Positions 39,966-49,934 of a stretch of 64,000 nt of DNA are shown piece by piece. The stretch is from the IMG/VR virus record IMGVR_UViG_3300025141_000021; one strand, 5' to 3'. Under the pieces are notes generated by a model. The model was not told where the DNA came from. It worked only from the letters and a program-made list of their open reading frames with translations, and did no database searches. Position numbers and translations under genes: made by a program. The stretch is from a virus. Numbering within the stretch: position 1 is the stretch's first letter; every line of letters starts with the position of its first letter.

Positions 39966-41194
39966 TCCAAAAATCGTTTTGCTGCTTCGAATATTTCTTC
40001 ATACGCATTATCTTCAAGATAGAGCTTTGGGCTGAAAGCGTGATGGTACCACGTTGTTTCTTCCGGAGGCATTTGGCCAGTCTGTCTTTTGTGATGATCT
40101 TTCATACCATATGGCCACCATTCCTCATTATATTTATCGGGAACATTGCCCGATAAAAATCTCTCATAACGACCAACACAAGAAGAAGGTCCAAGATCGA
40201 AACAAAATTCATTAAAATTGGTCATAAACTGTTTCTGTTCTGACGAATGTTCGACGAGATCATAAGTTAATGCTTCATATGGGAGGAACTTCCATCTTTT
40301 AAATATTACTGATGTGGTTTCTGCTGGCATCCAATCAACAATCTCGGTTTTTTGTTCTTGATAAAATTCTTCTTTATCCCAGTCAAAATCAACCGGCATT
40401 ACATTACAGCTGGTGACATTACAAAAAACTAAATTTTTCTTCATGGCTGCAGCCATCGGCCAAAAGCCAGCATCACAAGAAATAAACAATTTGCAATTTT
40501 GAATTAAAAACAGATAATCTTCGATTGTCCACCGTGGTTCTCCATCGTCATCAAGATACTTTGACAAATCGATTAAATTTTTGTGTTGATGATCTGCACC
40601 AAATTCGAATCTCGTATATCCGCCAGGAAGAGCTTTTTGTCTTTTATCTCCCAATTTAACAACTTTATATCCCATATTAGCATATGTAAGGGCTAATTTG
40701 TGGAAAGCCTCTGGATCTACAAATCTCTCTTGATCAAACTCGGAACCATCAATTCTCTTCCACCAAGTGCCCTGTTCTCTATGAAATATAAGTATTGCAT
40801 CCTTTGGCAGCTTAAGATGGTTTTCATAATTCTCTTCATCGAATTTTAACGTTATGTCTGGTGCACCGGACAAGCTTGACCACGTGGAAGGATATGCTTC
40901 TCGGCCATTTTCTTGTGTAAAGTCAGGATAAGCATCTGGCATTATAATGTCTTTTATCTCAATCCTCTTTTCATTGTCTTTCGTCTTGGAAGTGAAAAAC
41001 TTAATATTCTCTGGCTCAACGCCAGGTATGCATAAAACAAAAGACCTTTGAAATTCATGCTCAACATAAATTTCAACATTTTTAGGATTTATGTCCTTCC
41101 TAGCTAAATGTTTTGCTAGCGCAATAGTTTGTTCTATTGAATTTCCTATTGAATTTTCATGGCGCCATATTCCAAATTTTAATTTTTTTTCCAA
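39962..41194 (-). CDS. Putative glycosyltransferase (TIGR04372-like, 410 aa)
   Basis: ILIFHRE, GYKVVKLGD and LFLIQNCKLFISCDAGFWPMA resemble GT-B/GT9-like C-terminal motifs; glycan-locus context. Confidence 0.5.
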   Translation of the reverse strand: MEKKLKFGIWRHENSIGNSIEQTIALAKHLARKDINPKNVEIYVEHEFQRSFVLCIPGVEPENIKFFTSKTKDNEKRIEIKDIIMPDAYPDFTQENGREAYPSTWSSLSGAPDITLKFDEENYENHLKLPKDAILIFHREQGTWWKRIDGSEFDQERFVDPEAFHKLALTYANMGYKVVKLGDKRQKALPGGYTRFEFGADHQHKNLIDLSKYLDDDGEPRWTIEDYLFLIQNCKLFISCDAGFWPMAAAMKKNLVFCNVTSCNVMPVDFDWDKEEFYQEQKTEIVDWMPAETTSVIFKRWKFLPYEALTYDLVEHSSEQKQFMTNFNEFCFDLGPSSCVGRYERFLSGNVPDKYNEEWWPYGMKDHHKRQTGQMPPEETTWYHHAFSPKLYLEDNAYEEIFEAAKRFLE

Positions 41195-42183
41195 AACTTA
41201 TATATTCCTTTCTCAAGTTCGTATTCTGGCCAAACAAATCGTGGACGGTTGGGTTGTGTAAGAGCCCAATTCCACATTTTTGTTAGACCCTCTGGTAAAT
41301 CGGTTTTATGTTCAAAGCCAAGTAGCGATACTGATTTTTCCCACGTACTCCATGCGTGTTTAGCTTCATGTCGTTGTTCCAAATATATCGGCCTAATATT
41401 AACATCTGTAACTTCAATAAGTATATTACATGCTTCTTCAATTGTATACTCTTTAATGCCACCTAAATTAATAGTTTGATCTATGCAATTATCATTTTGG
41501 GAGGCATACCAAAAAGGCACCACTGAATCATCAACATAGCTAAACGCTCTTTTTTGTTGTCCATCTCCAAAAATAGTTGGCTGCTGTTCATTAATAATTT
41601 GATACATCCAAATTCCTAGGACATTCCTATATTTATCCCAAATATTTTGGTTTCTGCCATAAAAATTATGTGGTCTAACTATCGTGTATTTTAAACCATG
41701 TTGGTCATAAGCAATTTTAAGATCTTGTTCGACCGAAAACTTCGCAACCCCATATGGATCTATGGGGGTTTGTTGCATATCTTCGTCAAATGGGGGCTCG
41801 TGTCTGTCTCCATATACAGACATAGAACTAGCGAATACAAATCTGTTCACATCATATTTAATACTACAATTAATCAGATTTGCAGATGCAACCAAATTAT
41901 TTATATAATTGTGTCTTCTTAGGAATGGACTAAGCCCCTCTGCAGCATATGCGGCAAAATGATAAACGATATCTGGCCTTTCTTTTTTAAAAAGAGTGTC
42001 AAGCTCTTTTTCTGCAGTTGCTAAATCCAATTTATAAAATACTGCTTCTTTATTAACATTCTCTATATATCCACCACTAAAATCATCAATCCCAACTACT
42101 CTTATACCTGGTTTATTTTCAATAAGCCAATCTGTTAGTCTGGAACCAAGCAGGCCTGCAATTCCTGTTATTAGTACTTTCAT
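41179..42183 (-). CDS. NAD-dependent nucleotide-sugar epimerase/dehydratase (334 aa)
   Basis: ITGIAGLLG, YHFAAYAAEG, ASSMSVYG, PYGVAK. Confidence 0.9.
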   Translation of the reverse strand: MKVLITGIAGLLGSRLTDWLIENKPGIRVVGIDDFSGGYIENVNKEAVFYKLDLATAEKELDTLFKKERPDIVYHFAAYAAEGLSPFLRRHNYINNLVASANLINCSIKYDVNRFVFASSMSVYGDRHEPPFDEDMQQTPIDPYGVAKFSVEQDLKIAYDQHGLKYTIVRPHNFYGRNQNIWDKYRNVLGIWMYQIINEQQPTIFGDGQQKRAFSYVDDSVVPFWYASQNDNCIDQTINLGGIKEYTIEEACNILIEVTDVNIRPIYLEQRHEAKHAWSTWEKSVSLLGFEHKTDLPEGLTKMWNWALTQPNRPRFVWPEYELEKGIYKFWKKN

Positions 42184-42620
42184 GTTTTTTGTTTCTGTTG
42201 CGATAATCCGGCCATAATTTTATCAATATTGTTTTTATTGATCGATCTTTCTTCGTTAGCCTTTCTCATCCTTTTAGCATGTGTTATAAGACTGTTAATA
42301 TCCGGCTCATCGGAAGTAATCTCTGCTAATACACCTCTATCAGACTCTCCAACTAAAATGTCATTTACAACCAATTGTTCTAATTCCTCTACAACGTCAC
42401 TAGATTTAAATGTCCGCTTTTCTGCCAAATAATCGTATTCGCCACTTTTAAGGCATTTCTCAAAAAGATTGGCCACTCTTCCCTTAATTTCATTTATCAC
42501 CACTTCTTGGTGTTGTGCTTTCTCAGTATCTCCATCTTTTTCAAAAAAGAAAAGCTTAATCCTCTCGGAAATTAATCTATCGAACAGAGCCGATAATGTA
42601 TCAAGATTGGTTATCATCAT
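42180..42620 (-). CDS. Hypothetical helical protein, possibly DUF4254-like (146 aa)
   Basis: DTLSALFDRLISERIK repeat-like helical motif; glycan-locus context. Confidence 0.5.
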   Translation of the reverse strand: MMITNLDTLSALFDRLISERIKLFFFEKDGDTEKAQHQEVVINEIKGRVANLFEKCLKSGEYDYLAEKRTFKSSDVVEELEQLVVNDILVGESDRGVLAEITSDEPDINSLITHAKRMRKANEERSINKNNIDKIMAGLSQQKQKT

Positions 42621-42629
42621 AATATTTTC

Positions 42630-43853
42630 CTATATAAATTCTTTATGTTTTAGGCGCTCGCTGACCTGTTCCTTCTTTAGATTAAGTTCTTCAATATAGG
42701 CGTCTTTTTGTTTTTGATCCATGTTTTCCATAGTCTTCCAAATTTCCCAGACTGCCTTGTTGCTTTCGTGAGGTTTGCAGAGATTGGTGCAGTTTAGAAA
42801 CCGCTCTTTTTTCTCAATTTGGTCCATTACTCTTCTTCTAGATGTCAGGTCTTCCCATATTTCTTTGAACGATTTCCCGTCATGTAGCGAACCATAACTA
42901 TATTGTTTCCAACCTCTATGATTCGTGCAGACATATACGTGTCCATCGGCCCCAACACAGGGCTGAATTTGTGAGCCCAAACATTTTTTATAATTTCTTC
43001 CAAAATTAGTCCTATCGTTTTCTAAATCTTCTAGTTTATATCCGTTAACCTCAAACCTGTCTCCAAGAATTTTCTTTGCTTTTCTCAATCTTGGTTCGAC
43101 TTTGTGGTCCCAAAATTCGGCGGCGCGTTGAACCCCTCCATCTTCGCGAATTATTATCTCGGGCTTGTATTGGCAGTAAGTTATATCAAATTGTGAAAAG
43201 AACTCAGCAAATTCAATAATCTCGTGATAGTTTTCAGGAGATATAACATATCCAATGCCAATATCTATTTTCTTATTATTTTTATTATTAACTTCAATCA
43301 ATTTGTTTAGGTTTTCGATCATTTTGTCCCAGCCTTGATTTTTCTTGGCTCTCCGAACACTATCGTAAGTTTCTTTTGTACCGCAGTCGACTGAAAATCT
43401 AACCCATGTCATATTGTGAACCATGGTTTCGAATAAATCCCACCTATCAAGCAAAACACCATTGGTAAATATGCCCATCTTAATACCGTTTTGTCCGCAA
43501 TACTGTATAGCTTCTTTGAGGTGTTTGTTTAAGGTTGGTTCTCCGCCACCGGTCCAGTTAATCGCCCTAACCCCCATTTCAGCAAAATCTCTACAAAGGC
43601 CCATTAATGTTTCTCTAGGCATAAGCGCTCTAGAAAATGTTTCTGTATTCTTTGCTTTTTCAAAATGGATGTAGGATGAAAGACAAAAACTGCACGCCTG
43701 ATTACATGCGTTGCTTGGATCAACCTCTACTAACACCGGGGCGGAACATCCGGTTTCTAAATGTTCTATAACTCTATCAACGTTGGCAATAATTTTTGCT
43801 TGTGGATTGAATATGTTGGTTTCTGTATTTAAAATGTCTTTTATTTTTTTCAT
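42630..43853 (-). CDS. Radical SAM enzyme with SPASM/twitch domain (407 aa)
   Basis: CNQACSFC (CxxxCxxC), WTGGGEP, and C-terminal C..SQIQPCVGADGHVYVC...CTNLC. Confidence 0.92.
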   Translation of the reverse strand: MKKIKDILNTETNIFNPQAKIIANVDRVIEHLETGCSAPVLVEVDPSNACNQACSFCLSSYIHFEKAKNTETFSRALMPRETLMGLCRDFAEMGVRAINWTGGGEPTLNKHLKEAIQYCGQNGIKMGIFTNGVLLDRWDLFETMVHNMTWVRFSVDCGTKETYDSVRRAKKNQGWDKMIENLNKLIEVNNKNNKKIDIGIGYVISPENYHEIIEFAEFFSQFDITYCQYKPEIIIREDGGVQRAAEFWDHKVEPRLRKAKKILGDRFEVNGYKLEDLENDRTNFGRNYKKCLGSQIQPCVGADGHVYVCTNHRGWKQYSYGSLHDGKSFKEIWEDLTSRRRVMDQIEKKERFLNCTNLCKPHESNKAVWEIWKTMENMDQKQKDAYIEELNLKKEQVSERLKHKEFI

Positions 43854-44539
43854 ACTTCCACCTCCATTAACTTTTGCAAATCCATCGTTATGTTAGTTGG
43901 CATTGATTCGTGATATAATTTATCCGATGGTTTAACCGCCCCATTGGTGCGCCGAGCTAGCTCAAACATTGTTTTTGATTCGGTACCCACGTTGTATACG
44001 CCACGAGAATTGTTGTCTATCAGCTTTATAATAATTGAAGCTATGTTATCAACATAATCAAAATTGCCTTTTTGGCTTGTCCACGCCTTATCATAGGGAA
44101 ACGGCCTAGGTTTATAGCTTGTTCGTATCAACAAATAATCATCGCTCTTCAATTGGACATGTGCGTCACTCAATAATTTCGTATATCCATACCAATTTCT
44201 ATTGTGTACCGGCACATCATTTTCAGATGCGTTTTCTATAGAGTTGGTATATACAAAATCCGTGCTAATATGTACTAGTGCTGCTGAATGTTCATTACAT
44301 AAATCTACTAAATCTGAAACGGCTTTGTAATTGATGTCCCAATGTGTTTGCCTGTCTTTACTATAAACATCAACATGTCCTATACAGTTTACAATAACAT
44401 CAAATTCTTTTAAATATTTTTTATAACTATTTGGATATCTAAAGTCGATTTTATCCTTTTTTCTGCTTACATAGTCCCAGCCAGTTTGTCGATAAATTTC
44501 AGAACCAAGCAAGCCGTCACCCAATATAAGCTTTCGCAC
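43850..44539 (-). CDS. dTDP-4-dehydrorhamnose reductase (RmlD)-like SDR (229 aa)
   Basis: ILGDGLLG, VNCIG, HISTDFVY, YGYTK, GVYNVG. Confidence 0.75.
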   Translation of the reverse strand: MRKLILGDGLLGSEIYRQTGWDYVSRKKDKIDFRYPNSYKKYLKEFDVIVNCIGHVDVYSKDRQTHWDINYKAVSDLVDLCNEHSAALVHISTDFVYTNSIENASENDVPVHNRNWYGYTKLLSDAHVQLKSDDYLLIRTSYKPRPFPYDKAWTSQKGNFDYVDNIASIIIKLIDNNSRGVYNVGTESKTMFELARRTNGAVKPSDKLYHESMPTNITMDLQKLMEVEV

Positions 44540-44549
44540 AATATTCCCC

Positions 44550-45377
44550 CTAGTACTTCCTTAGCTTCTCTCTAATTGGTATTTCTGTTTCCATCACTCG
44601 TTTTTCCGAGCTTCCCAGAGCAGCTTCAACTGTCCGAATATCTCTTACAAGGCGCGCAACGTCATCAAGCTCAATTGATGCCGCCTGATCTGAGCCATAC
44701 ATTGTTCTATCAAGAGTAATATGTCTCTCCAAAGAGGTAACGCCTAATGCGACAGCAGCAGCAGAAACAATCCGGCCAGTCTCGTGACCACTGTATCCAA
44801 CATTACACCCAAATTGTTCTCTTAAGGTGTTAATCACGCGCAAATTTGCATTTTCATTTTTCATTGGATAGGTGCTGTTACAGTGCATCAATTCAAATGG
44901 GCAATTTGCTTCCTTAAAGATGTTCACTGCGGATTCAATTTCTTCCAGAGTACTCATTCCTGTAGAAATAAATGTATGTTTTCCCTCTTCTGCAATCGTT
45001 TTCAACAACTCAGTGTGAGTAAGCATTGCTGATGCGACCTTGTTATATCTCAGGTTATACTGCCGCAAAAACTTCTGACTTCCAACATCCCATGCAGAAG
45101 CTAACCATTCAATTTGTTTTTCTCGACAATAACGATCAATTTCGTTATATTCTTTTTGAGTAAATTCAAGGCCAAATTTTTGATCTCGATTCGTGGTGCC
45201 CCATGGGCTCTGCCGTGGGCGGTCTAGCTCTTCTTTGGTATACACATCGCTGATGGTTCGCTTTTGAAATTTAACTGCATCACAGCCTGCTTTAACTGCA
45301 CCGTCGATTAATTTTTTAGCAACGTTAATATCTCCGTTGTGATTAATCCCAATTTCTGCGATAATAAATGTTGTCAT
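44550..45377 (-). CDS. neuB: N-acylneuraminate/nonulosonate synthase, short form lacking the C-terminal SAF domain (275 aa)
   Basis: IIAEIGINHNGD, DAVKFQKR, KVASA, ISTGMST, MHCNSTYP, GYSGHE, ERHITLDRTMYGSDQAASI. Confidence 0.92.
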   Translation of the reverse strand: MTTFIIAEIGINHNGDINVAKKLIDGAVKAGCDAVKFQKRTISDVYTKEELDRPRQSPWGTTNRDQKFGLEFTQKEYNEIDRYCREKQIEWLASAWDVGSQKFLRQYNLRYNKVASAMLTHTELLKTIAEEGKHTFISTGMSTLEEIESAVNIFKEANCPFELMHCNSTYPMKNENANLRVINTLREQFGCNVGYSGHETGRIVSAAAVALGVTSLERHITLDRTMYGSDQAASIELDDVARLVRDIRTVEAALGSSEKRVMETEIPIREKLRKY

Positions 45378-46342
45378 AATAGTTCTCCCTTTTCGAATTC
45401 ATGATACCATGTTTCTTTGTTTAAATTAATGATTTTTGTTCCTCGTAGCCTTGCACTCTCGTCCAATATCCTTAAATCATTTTTTAAGTTATGGGCCAGC
45501 CTACTCCAATCATTATTTACTGGAACAGGCACATCTTCATTTTCTGCATATCCCTTTCCATAGTCCAAATCCATTCCCGCTATATAGATGGGGTTGCACC
45601 CCATTATGATAGCAAATGCAATTGCGTGCAAAGCCACCGTATCTCCTGTACTGTAATGTTGCTCGTGGCCACAAGTTGATTGTAATACCTCTTGGATTGT
45701 TAGTCGAGCATTTTTTGAATCTGCAAAAATCAAATCCGCGGGCCTGGTTACAACTTTCCACAACTCTTGTATCATTATTTCTCGGTTTTGGATGCGTTCA
45801 CAACATTCAGCAGGGACAAGAATGTTATTTTCTTGTCTGGGTAGCGCAAATCCAGCGCCATCTTTATACCTGGGTGGCTGCCACATTGCAATATTATTGC
45901 CATATTCTGCAAAATCGTGATTATCCTCTTTTGTGTTGTGTTCATAAAAACTTTGCAGAATTTGTGTGCACGTGTGTCCCTTAAAATGCCTTTGGTCATA
46001 TCCAATATAATCACATTTTAGATTATTTTCTATAAAGCTATAGCTAGTCTTATCTACTGTATCGGCAAAAAATACTGGAACGTTAGACTTATTCATAATT
46101 TCCGTATAAGTCTTTATTGTATCAACCGTACTAGCTAACACCCAATAGTCTGGTTCAGAATCAAAGAAATCAAACCAATTGTTAAGTGAAAATCTTATAA
46201 GCTTTTTCTGGTTTTGCAAATCTAGAATTTTATCTTTAACAGAATTTAAACTTGGGCCGTGGCATGCTATAACAGCCGGTAGCCCCGTACACTGATCAAC
46301 TATATCTTCTATGTCAAGTGATTTTGTTTTCTTTTTTACCAT
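45374..46342 (-). CDS. Maf/DUF115-like putative nonulosonate transferase (322 aa)
   Basis: AVIACHGPSL and TGDTVALHAIAFAIIMGCNPIYIAGMDL match the Maf/MptE-like fold; ATGG/ATGA-type coupling to neuB. Confidence 0.7.
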   Translation of the reverse strand: MVKKKTKSLDIEDIVDQCTGLPAVIACHGPSLNSVKDKILDLQNQKKLIRFSLNNWFDFFDSEPDYWVLASTVDTIKTYTEIMNKSNVPVFFADTVDKTSYSFIENNLKCDYIGYDQRHFKGHTCTQILQSFYEHNTKEDNHDFAEYGNNIAMWQPPRYKDGAGFALPRQENNILVPAECCERIQNREIMIQELWKVVTRPADLIFADSKNARLTIQEVLQSTCGHEQHYSTGDTVALHAIAFAIIMGCNPIYIAGMDLDYGKGYAENEDVPVPVNNDWSRLAHNLKNDLRILDESARLRGTKIINLNKETWYHEFEKGELL

Positions 46343-47286
46343 ACGAATTTATTTTTATAGTATTTCACTATATCTCCAATCTCTTTATCAAATATCTTTT
46401 TAGGTTTCCAGCCCAGTTTTCTTAATTTTTCATCGTTAAGTGCGTAACGAACATCTTGTCCTTGGCGAACATAAGAAAGATCGATATGAGATTTCCAATC
46501 CTCATCTGAGCCATAATATGCTTCAATTATTTTCTTAACCGTATCGATGTTTTTCTGTTCATAGCCTCCGGCAACGTTGTATATTTCGTTAACCGTGCCA
46601 GAATCTATAATTGTCATTACCGCTTCTGCGGTATCATCCGCATGTAGCCAGTTTCTCACTGGAGTTCCATTGTTGTGAAGGCGGATTTTCTTATCTCGAT
46701 TGAAATTCTTCACAGTCAGGGGAATTAGCTTTTCTGGATATTGGCTAATTCCATAATTGTTCGTTGGGCGTATGATTACATAATCAATATCATACGTTCT
46801 CGCCCAAGCTAACACAAGCATATCTGCTGCAGCTTTGGCTGCTGAATAAGGATTGCTCGGCTTTAATAAGTCCGTTTCAAAATGTATTCCCTCTTCAATA
46901 TCTCCGTATACTTCGTCAGTACTAAAATGAAGAAGAATTGGTCTTGAATTTACATTTGTTGGTTTAAGCCTTATCAAATCCAGAATATTCTTGGTGCCCA
47001 GTACGTTGCTTGCCATAAATTCATCACTTTTAATAATGCTATTACCAACGTGAGATTCTGCAGCCGTATTTATGACATAATCACAATCATAAAGATGCGT
47101 TAATTTGCTAATATCTTCTTTATCAAACCTAAAATTATCATATTGTACAAACTCATTTAATAATTCAAGATTTGCCGCATATGTGCACTTATCAATACCA
47201 TATACCATCCACCCTCTTTGTAAACATTTTCTTGTCACATAAGAGCCAATAAAACCTAGGCATCCCGTTACATATACAATTTTCAC
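46336..47286 (-). CDS. rmlB: dTDP-glucose 4,6-dehydratase
   Basis: VTGCLGFIG, DKCTYAA, AAESHV, HFSTDEVYG, PSNPYSAAKA, NNYG..QYPEKLIP, RNWLHADD. Confidence 0.9.
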   Translation of the reverse strand: MKIVYVTGCLGFIGSYVTRKCLQRGWMVYGIDKCTYAANLELLNEFVQYDNFRFDKEDISKLTHLYDCDYVINTAAESHVGNSIIKSDEFMASNVLGTKNILDLIRLKPTNVNSRPILLHFSTDEVYGDIEEGIHFETDLLKPSNPYSAAKAAADMLVLAWARTYDIDYVIIRPTNNYGISQYPEKLIPLTVKNFNRDKKIRLHNNGTPVRNWLHADDTAEAVMTIIDSGTVNEIYNVAGGYEQKNIDTVKKIIEAYYGSDEDWKSHIDLSYVRQGQDVRYALNDEKLRKLGWKPKKIFDKEIGDIVKYYKNKFVW

Positions 47287-48635
47287 TATTTAATGTTTCC
47301 AAAAAAATGGTCCGCAACATCCTTTATATAAGAAAGCTTCTCGCGGGTTATCCCCGAATAGGTTCCAAGAAACATTGAGTTTGTTGTAACCAAGTGGGCT
47401 ACGGGGAACCGTTCTGACAAATTATCATATTGTTTGGCCAAATGTCGATAGCCGGGATGGTAAAGGATGTTTCCGGAAAAGTAAGATCTCGTCTGTATTT
47501 TGGCTGCTTCAAAATGGGATACAAAATCTTGACGTTCAAAAGATGCGTCAGGTTTTATCGTCATTAAGAAGGCAAACCACGATGGATCAGCCTTCTCGGT
47601 AGCTTTCGGCAAATACATATATTCTTCATATGGGGCGAAAATCTCACTCAGGGCTTCAAAGTTTCTTTTACGGCCGGCGTGTAAATCATCTAGCTTGTGA
47701 ATCTGTTCCAAGCCAATCGCCGCTTGTAAATCTAGCGGCTTAATGTTGTAGCCAATTTCATCGAACACATATCTGTGGTCGTATGTGGTTTCTTTTAATC
47801 CAGGCAGCCAATTCTTAAATCTGTTGCCGCAAGCTGTGGCACAAGTTACATTTCCTGGCTTGAATGAGTTACAATAACATGCTCTGCCCCAATCTCGGAA
47901 ACTAGAAACAACTTTTCTAATTCTCGATGAGTTCGTTGCAACAAATCCTCCCTCACCCATTGTCATGTGGTGCGCTGGAAAAAATGAGCAAGAAGATAAG
48001 ACACCATAAGAGCCCAGCAGCTTGCCGTCATATGTAGAACCAAGAGCATCGCAAGTATCTTCTAGGAAAACTAGATTATATTTTTCAACCAGTCTCATTA
48101 AACGATCCATATCGGGAGGGTTGCCCAAAACATGCGCAAACATAATGCCTCTAATAGAAGGATCGTCTTTTAGGGCCTGTTCAACTTCATCCAAATTTGG
48201 ATTTAAATCCGGCAATGAGACATCAACAAACACAGGAGTAAAACCATTTTGTATAATAGGGTTAACTGTCGTTGGAAAACACACAATAGGTGTGATTATC
48301 TTGTCTCCTGGCTGAAGTCGATACCGGTCGGGCATGTTTCTAGAAGTTAATGCTGCTACCATCAACAGATTCGCAGAGCTTCCTGAATTGGTTAGTACTC
48401 CATCGTCACAACCCATATGTTTGGCAAACTCAACTTCGAATTCTCTCCCCTTTTTGCCATAAATCAGCCATCCACCCAACAGTGTTTCAACAGCGGCGAC
48501 ATATTCATCGCTATCAAACATTGGTCCGGAATATGCCAGCCAATCTTCGCCAGGGGTCCAGCTTTCATTTTCTTGTTTTGTTTCAATATACTCTTTCACT
48601 AAAGAAAGAATTTGTTCTTTACTTGGTGTAGCCAC
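47286..48635 (-). CDS. rfbH: NDP-4-keto-6-deoxyglucose 3-dehydrase (E1, DdhC/RfbH)
   Basis: DegT fold with His in place of the PLP lysine (SFFPAHHMTMGEGG) and an Fe-S Cys cluster (SFRDWGRACYC...C...C..RF); EDTCDALGS. Confidence 0.88.
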   Translation of the reverse strand: MATPSKEQILSLVKEYIETKQENESWTPGEDWLAYSGPMFDSDEYVAAVETLLGGWLIYGKKGREFEVEFAKHMGCDDGVLTNSGSSANLLMVAALTSRNMPDRYRLQPGDKIITPIVCFPTTVNPIIQNGFTPVFVDVSLPDLNPNLDEVEQALKDDPSIRGIMFAHVLGNPPDMDRLMRLVEKYNLVFLEDTCDALGSTYDGKLLGSYGVLSSCSFFPAHHMTMGEGGFVATNSSRIRKVVSSFRDWGRACYCNSFKPGNVTCATACGNRFKNWLPGLKETTYDHRYVFDEIGYNIKPLDLQAAIGLEQIHKLDDLHAGRKRNFEALSEIFAPYEEYMYLPKATEKADPSWFAFLMTIKPDASFERQDFVSHFEAAKIQTRSYFSGNILYHPGYRHLAKQYDNLSERFPVAHLVTTNSMFLGTYSGITREKLSYIKDVADHFFGNIK

Positions 48636-49461
48636 TTAATACCTCTTTAATCCCGCCCTCTAATCCTATTAAATCTAGATCGAGTTCGTTCAATTTGCTG
48701 CAATTGCCGGTGTAGCAGTTTTCTAAACCGGCATTCTCTATTATAACATCAACATTCCTGTTTGTCAAATATCTAACTTTGTTTACTATATTTTTCAATG
48801 TCAACTTTTGGTTGTAACACACATTTAGATCCTTGGGTAATTCTTGTTTGTCGAAATTGTCGATATAGTATACTAATATAGTATACAAATCTCCAACATA
48901 AATGTAATCCATTTTTTTATTTTGGTGTATTGCTACTGAAGCTTCGGCCAAACAGCTTAGCATTGCGCTTTTAATCATTCTCGATGATTTTTCGTGTATG
49001 CCAAAACATCCAAAAACTCTCAAATTTACAATATTCCCGCCATATGTTGATATCTCTCTTGCAATTAGGTTTTTTGCTGATCCATAATAGTCGCCAGGCC
49101 AGTTATTAAATAATTCGAATTCGTCTGCATTTTCTATGGGTGTGGACCGGTCAAATTCTGCTCCACTGCCAAAATTAATCATTAATTTAAATTTGTCTGC
49201 TTGCTTCTGCAGATTCGAAAACATTGATATGTTGGCAACAAAATCTTCAAAAGTATCGACGGCGCCGCGGGTGCCTCCTTGAATGGCAGTATGTAGCACT
49301 ATATCAATATCATTTCTAGCAAAAAAATTTTCTACATGTTGATGATTGGTAACATCTAGACTTTTTTTATTGGTTGCATGTATAACGTGTGTTGTATTTT
49401 TAAATCTGGATATGAGTTCTTTACCCAGGAAGCCATTGCAGCCAGTAATTAAAATATTCAT
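48619..49461 (-). CDS. NAD-dependent epimerase/reductase (dideoxyhexose synthase-like, 280 aa)
   Basis: ITGCNGFLG, INFGSGAEF, YYGSAK; adjacent to rfbH. Confidence 0.8.
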   Translation of the reverse strand: MNILITGCNGFLGKELISRFKNTTHVIHATNKKSLDVTNHQHVENFFARNDIDIVLHTAIQGGTRGAVDTFEDFVANISMFSNLQKQADKFKLMINFGSGAEFDRSTPIENADEFELFNNWPGDYYGSAKNLIAREISTYGGNIVNLRVFGCFGIHEKSSRMIKSAMLSCLAEASVAIHQNKKMDYIYVGDLYTILVYYIDNFDKQELPKDLNVCYNQKLTLKNIVNKVRYLTNRNVDVIIENAGLENCYTGNCSKLNELDLDLIGLEGGIKEVLSGYTK

Positions 49462-49934
49462 CTCTTTAAATTCATATAGCGCGGTCGATCATCGTATAGA
49501 AATTCACTAAACATTGATTCTAACTCTTCGTCTGTTTCCGGATGAGAAACAACTATATTATCAAATACAGACATAATCCTTTTGTCATCCGAAGCCCAAT
49601 GAGAAAACCCTAAATAACCATAATCTTGATTACGGCCGCCTCCAACAAGCTTAACTGGTATTTTTTCATGGTCCAAATAGTTTCTTATAATCTCAAATGG
49701 GCGATATAACAGAAACGGTGTAATTGAGTATACAATTGGAATTTTTCCTTCCATCGCGAAGCCAGTCGCCATGCCCATCATCAACTGTTCTGACGAACCA
49801 ACATTACAAAACTGCTTTGGATAGTCTCTTCGCACATTGTCCCACAAACCATATCCTAGATCTCCGGTTAAAAGAAACAGGCTTTCGTTTTTTGCCATTT
49901 CATCGTATAAAAGCTTGCTGAAATGTCTTCTCAT
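49458..49934 (-). CDS. Transketolase-like pyrimidine-binding subunit (158 aa)
   Basis: LLTGDLGYG, NVGSSEQLMMGMATGFAMEG, RPFEIIRN, GFSHWASDD. The third transketolase domain is absent. Confidence 0.88.
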   Translation of the reverse strand: MRRHFSKLLYDEMAKNESLFLLTGDLGYGLWDNVRRDYPKQFCNVGSSEQLMMGMATGFAMEGKIPIVYSITPFLLYRPFEIIRNYLDHEKIPVKLVGGGRNQDYGYLGFSHWASDDKRIMSVFDNIVVSHPETDEELESMFSEFLYDDRPRYMNLKR

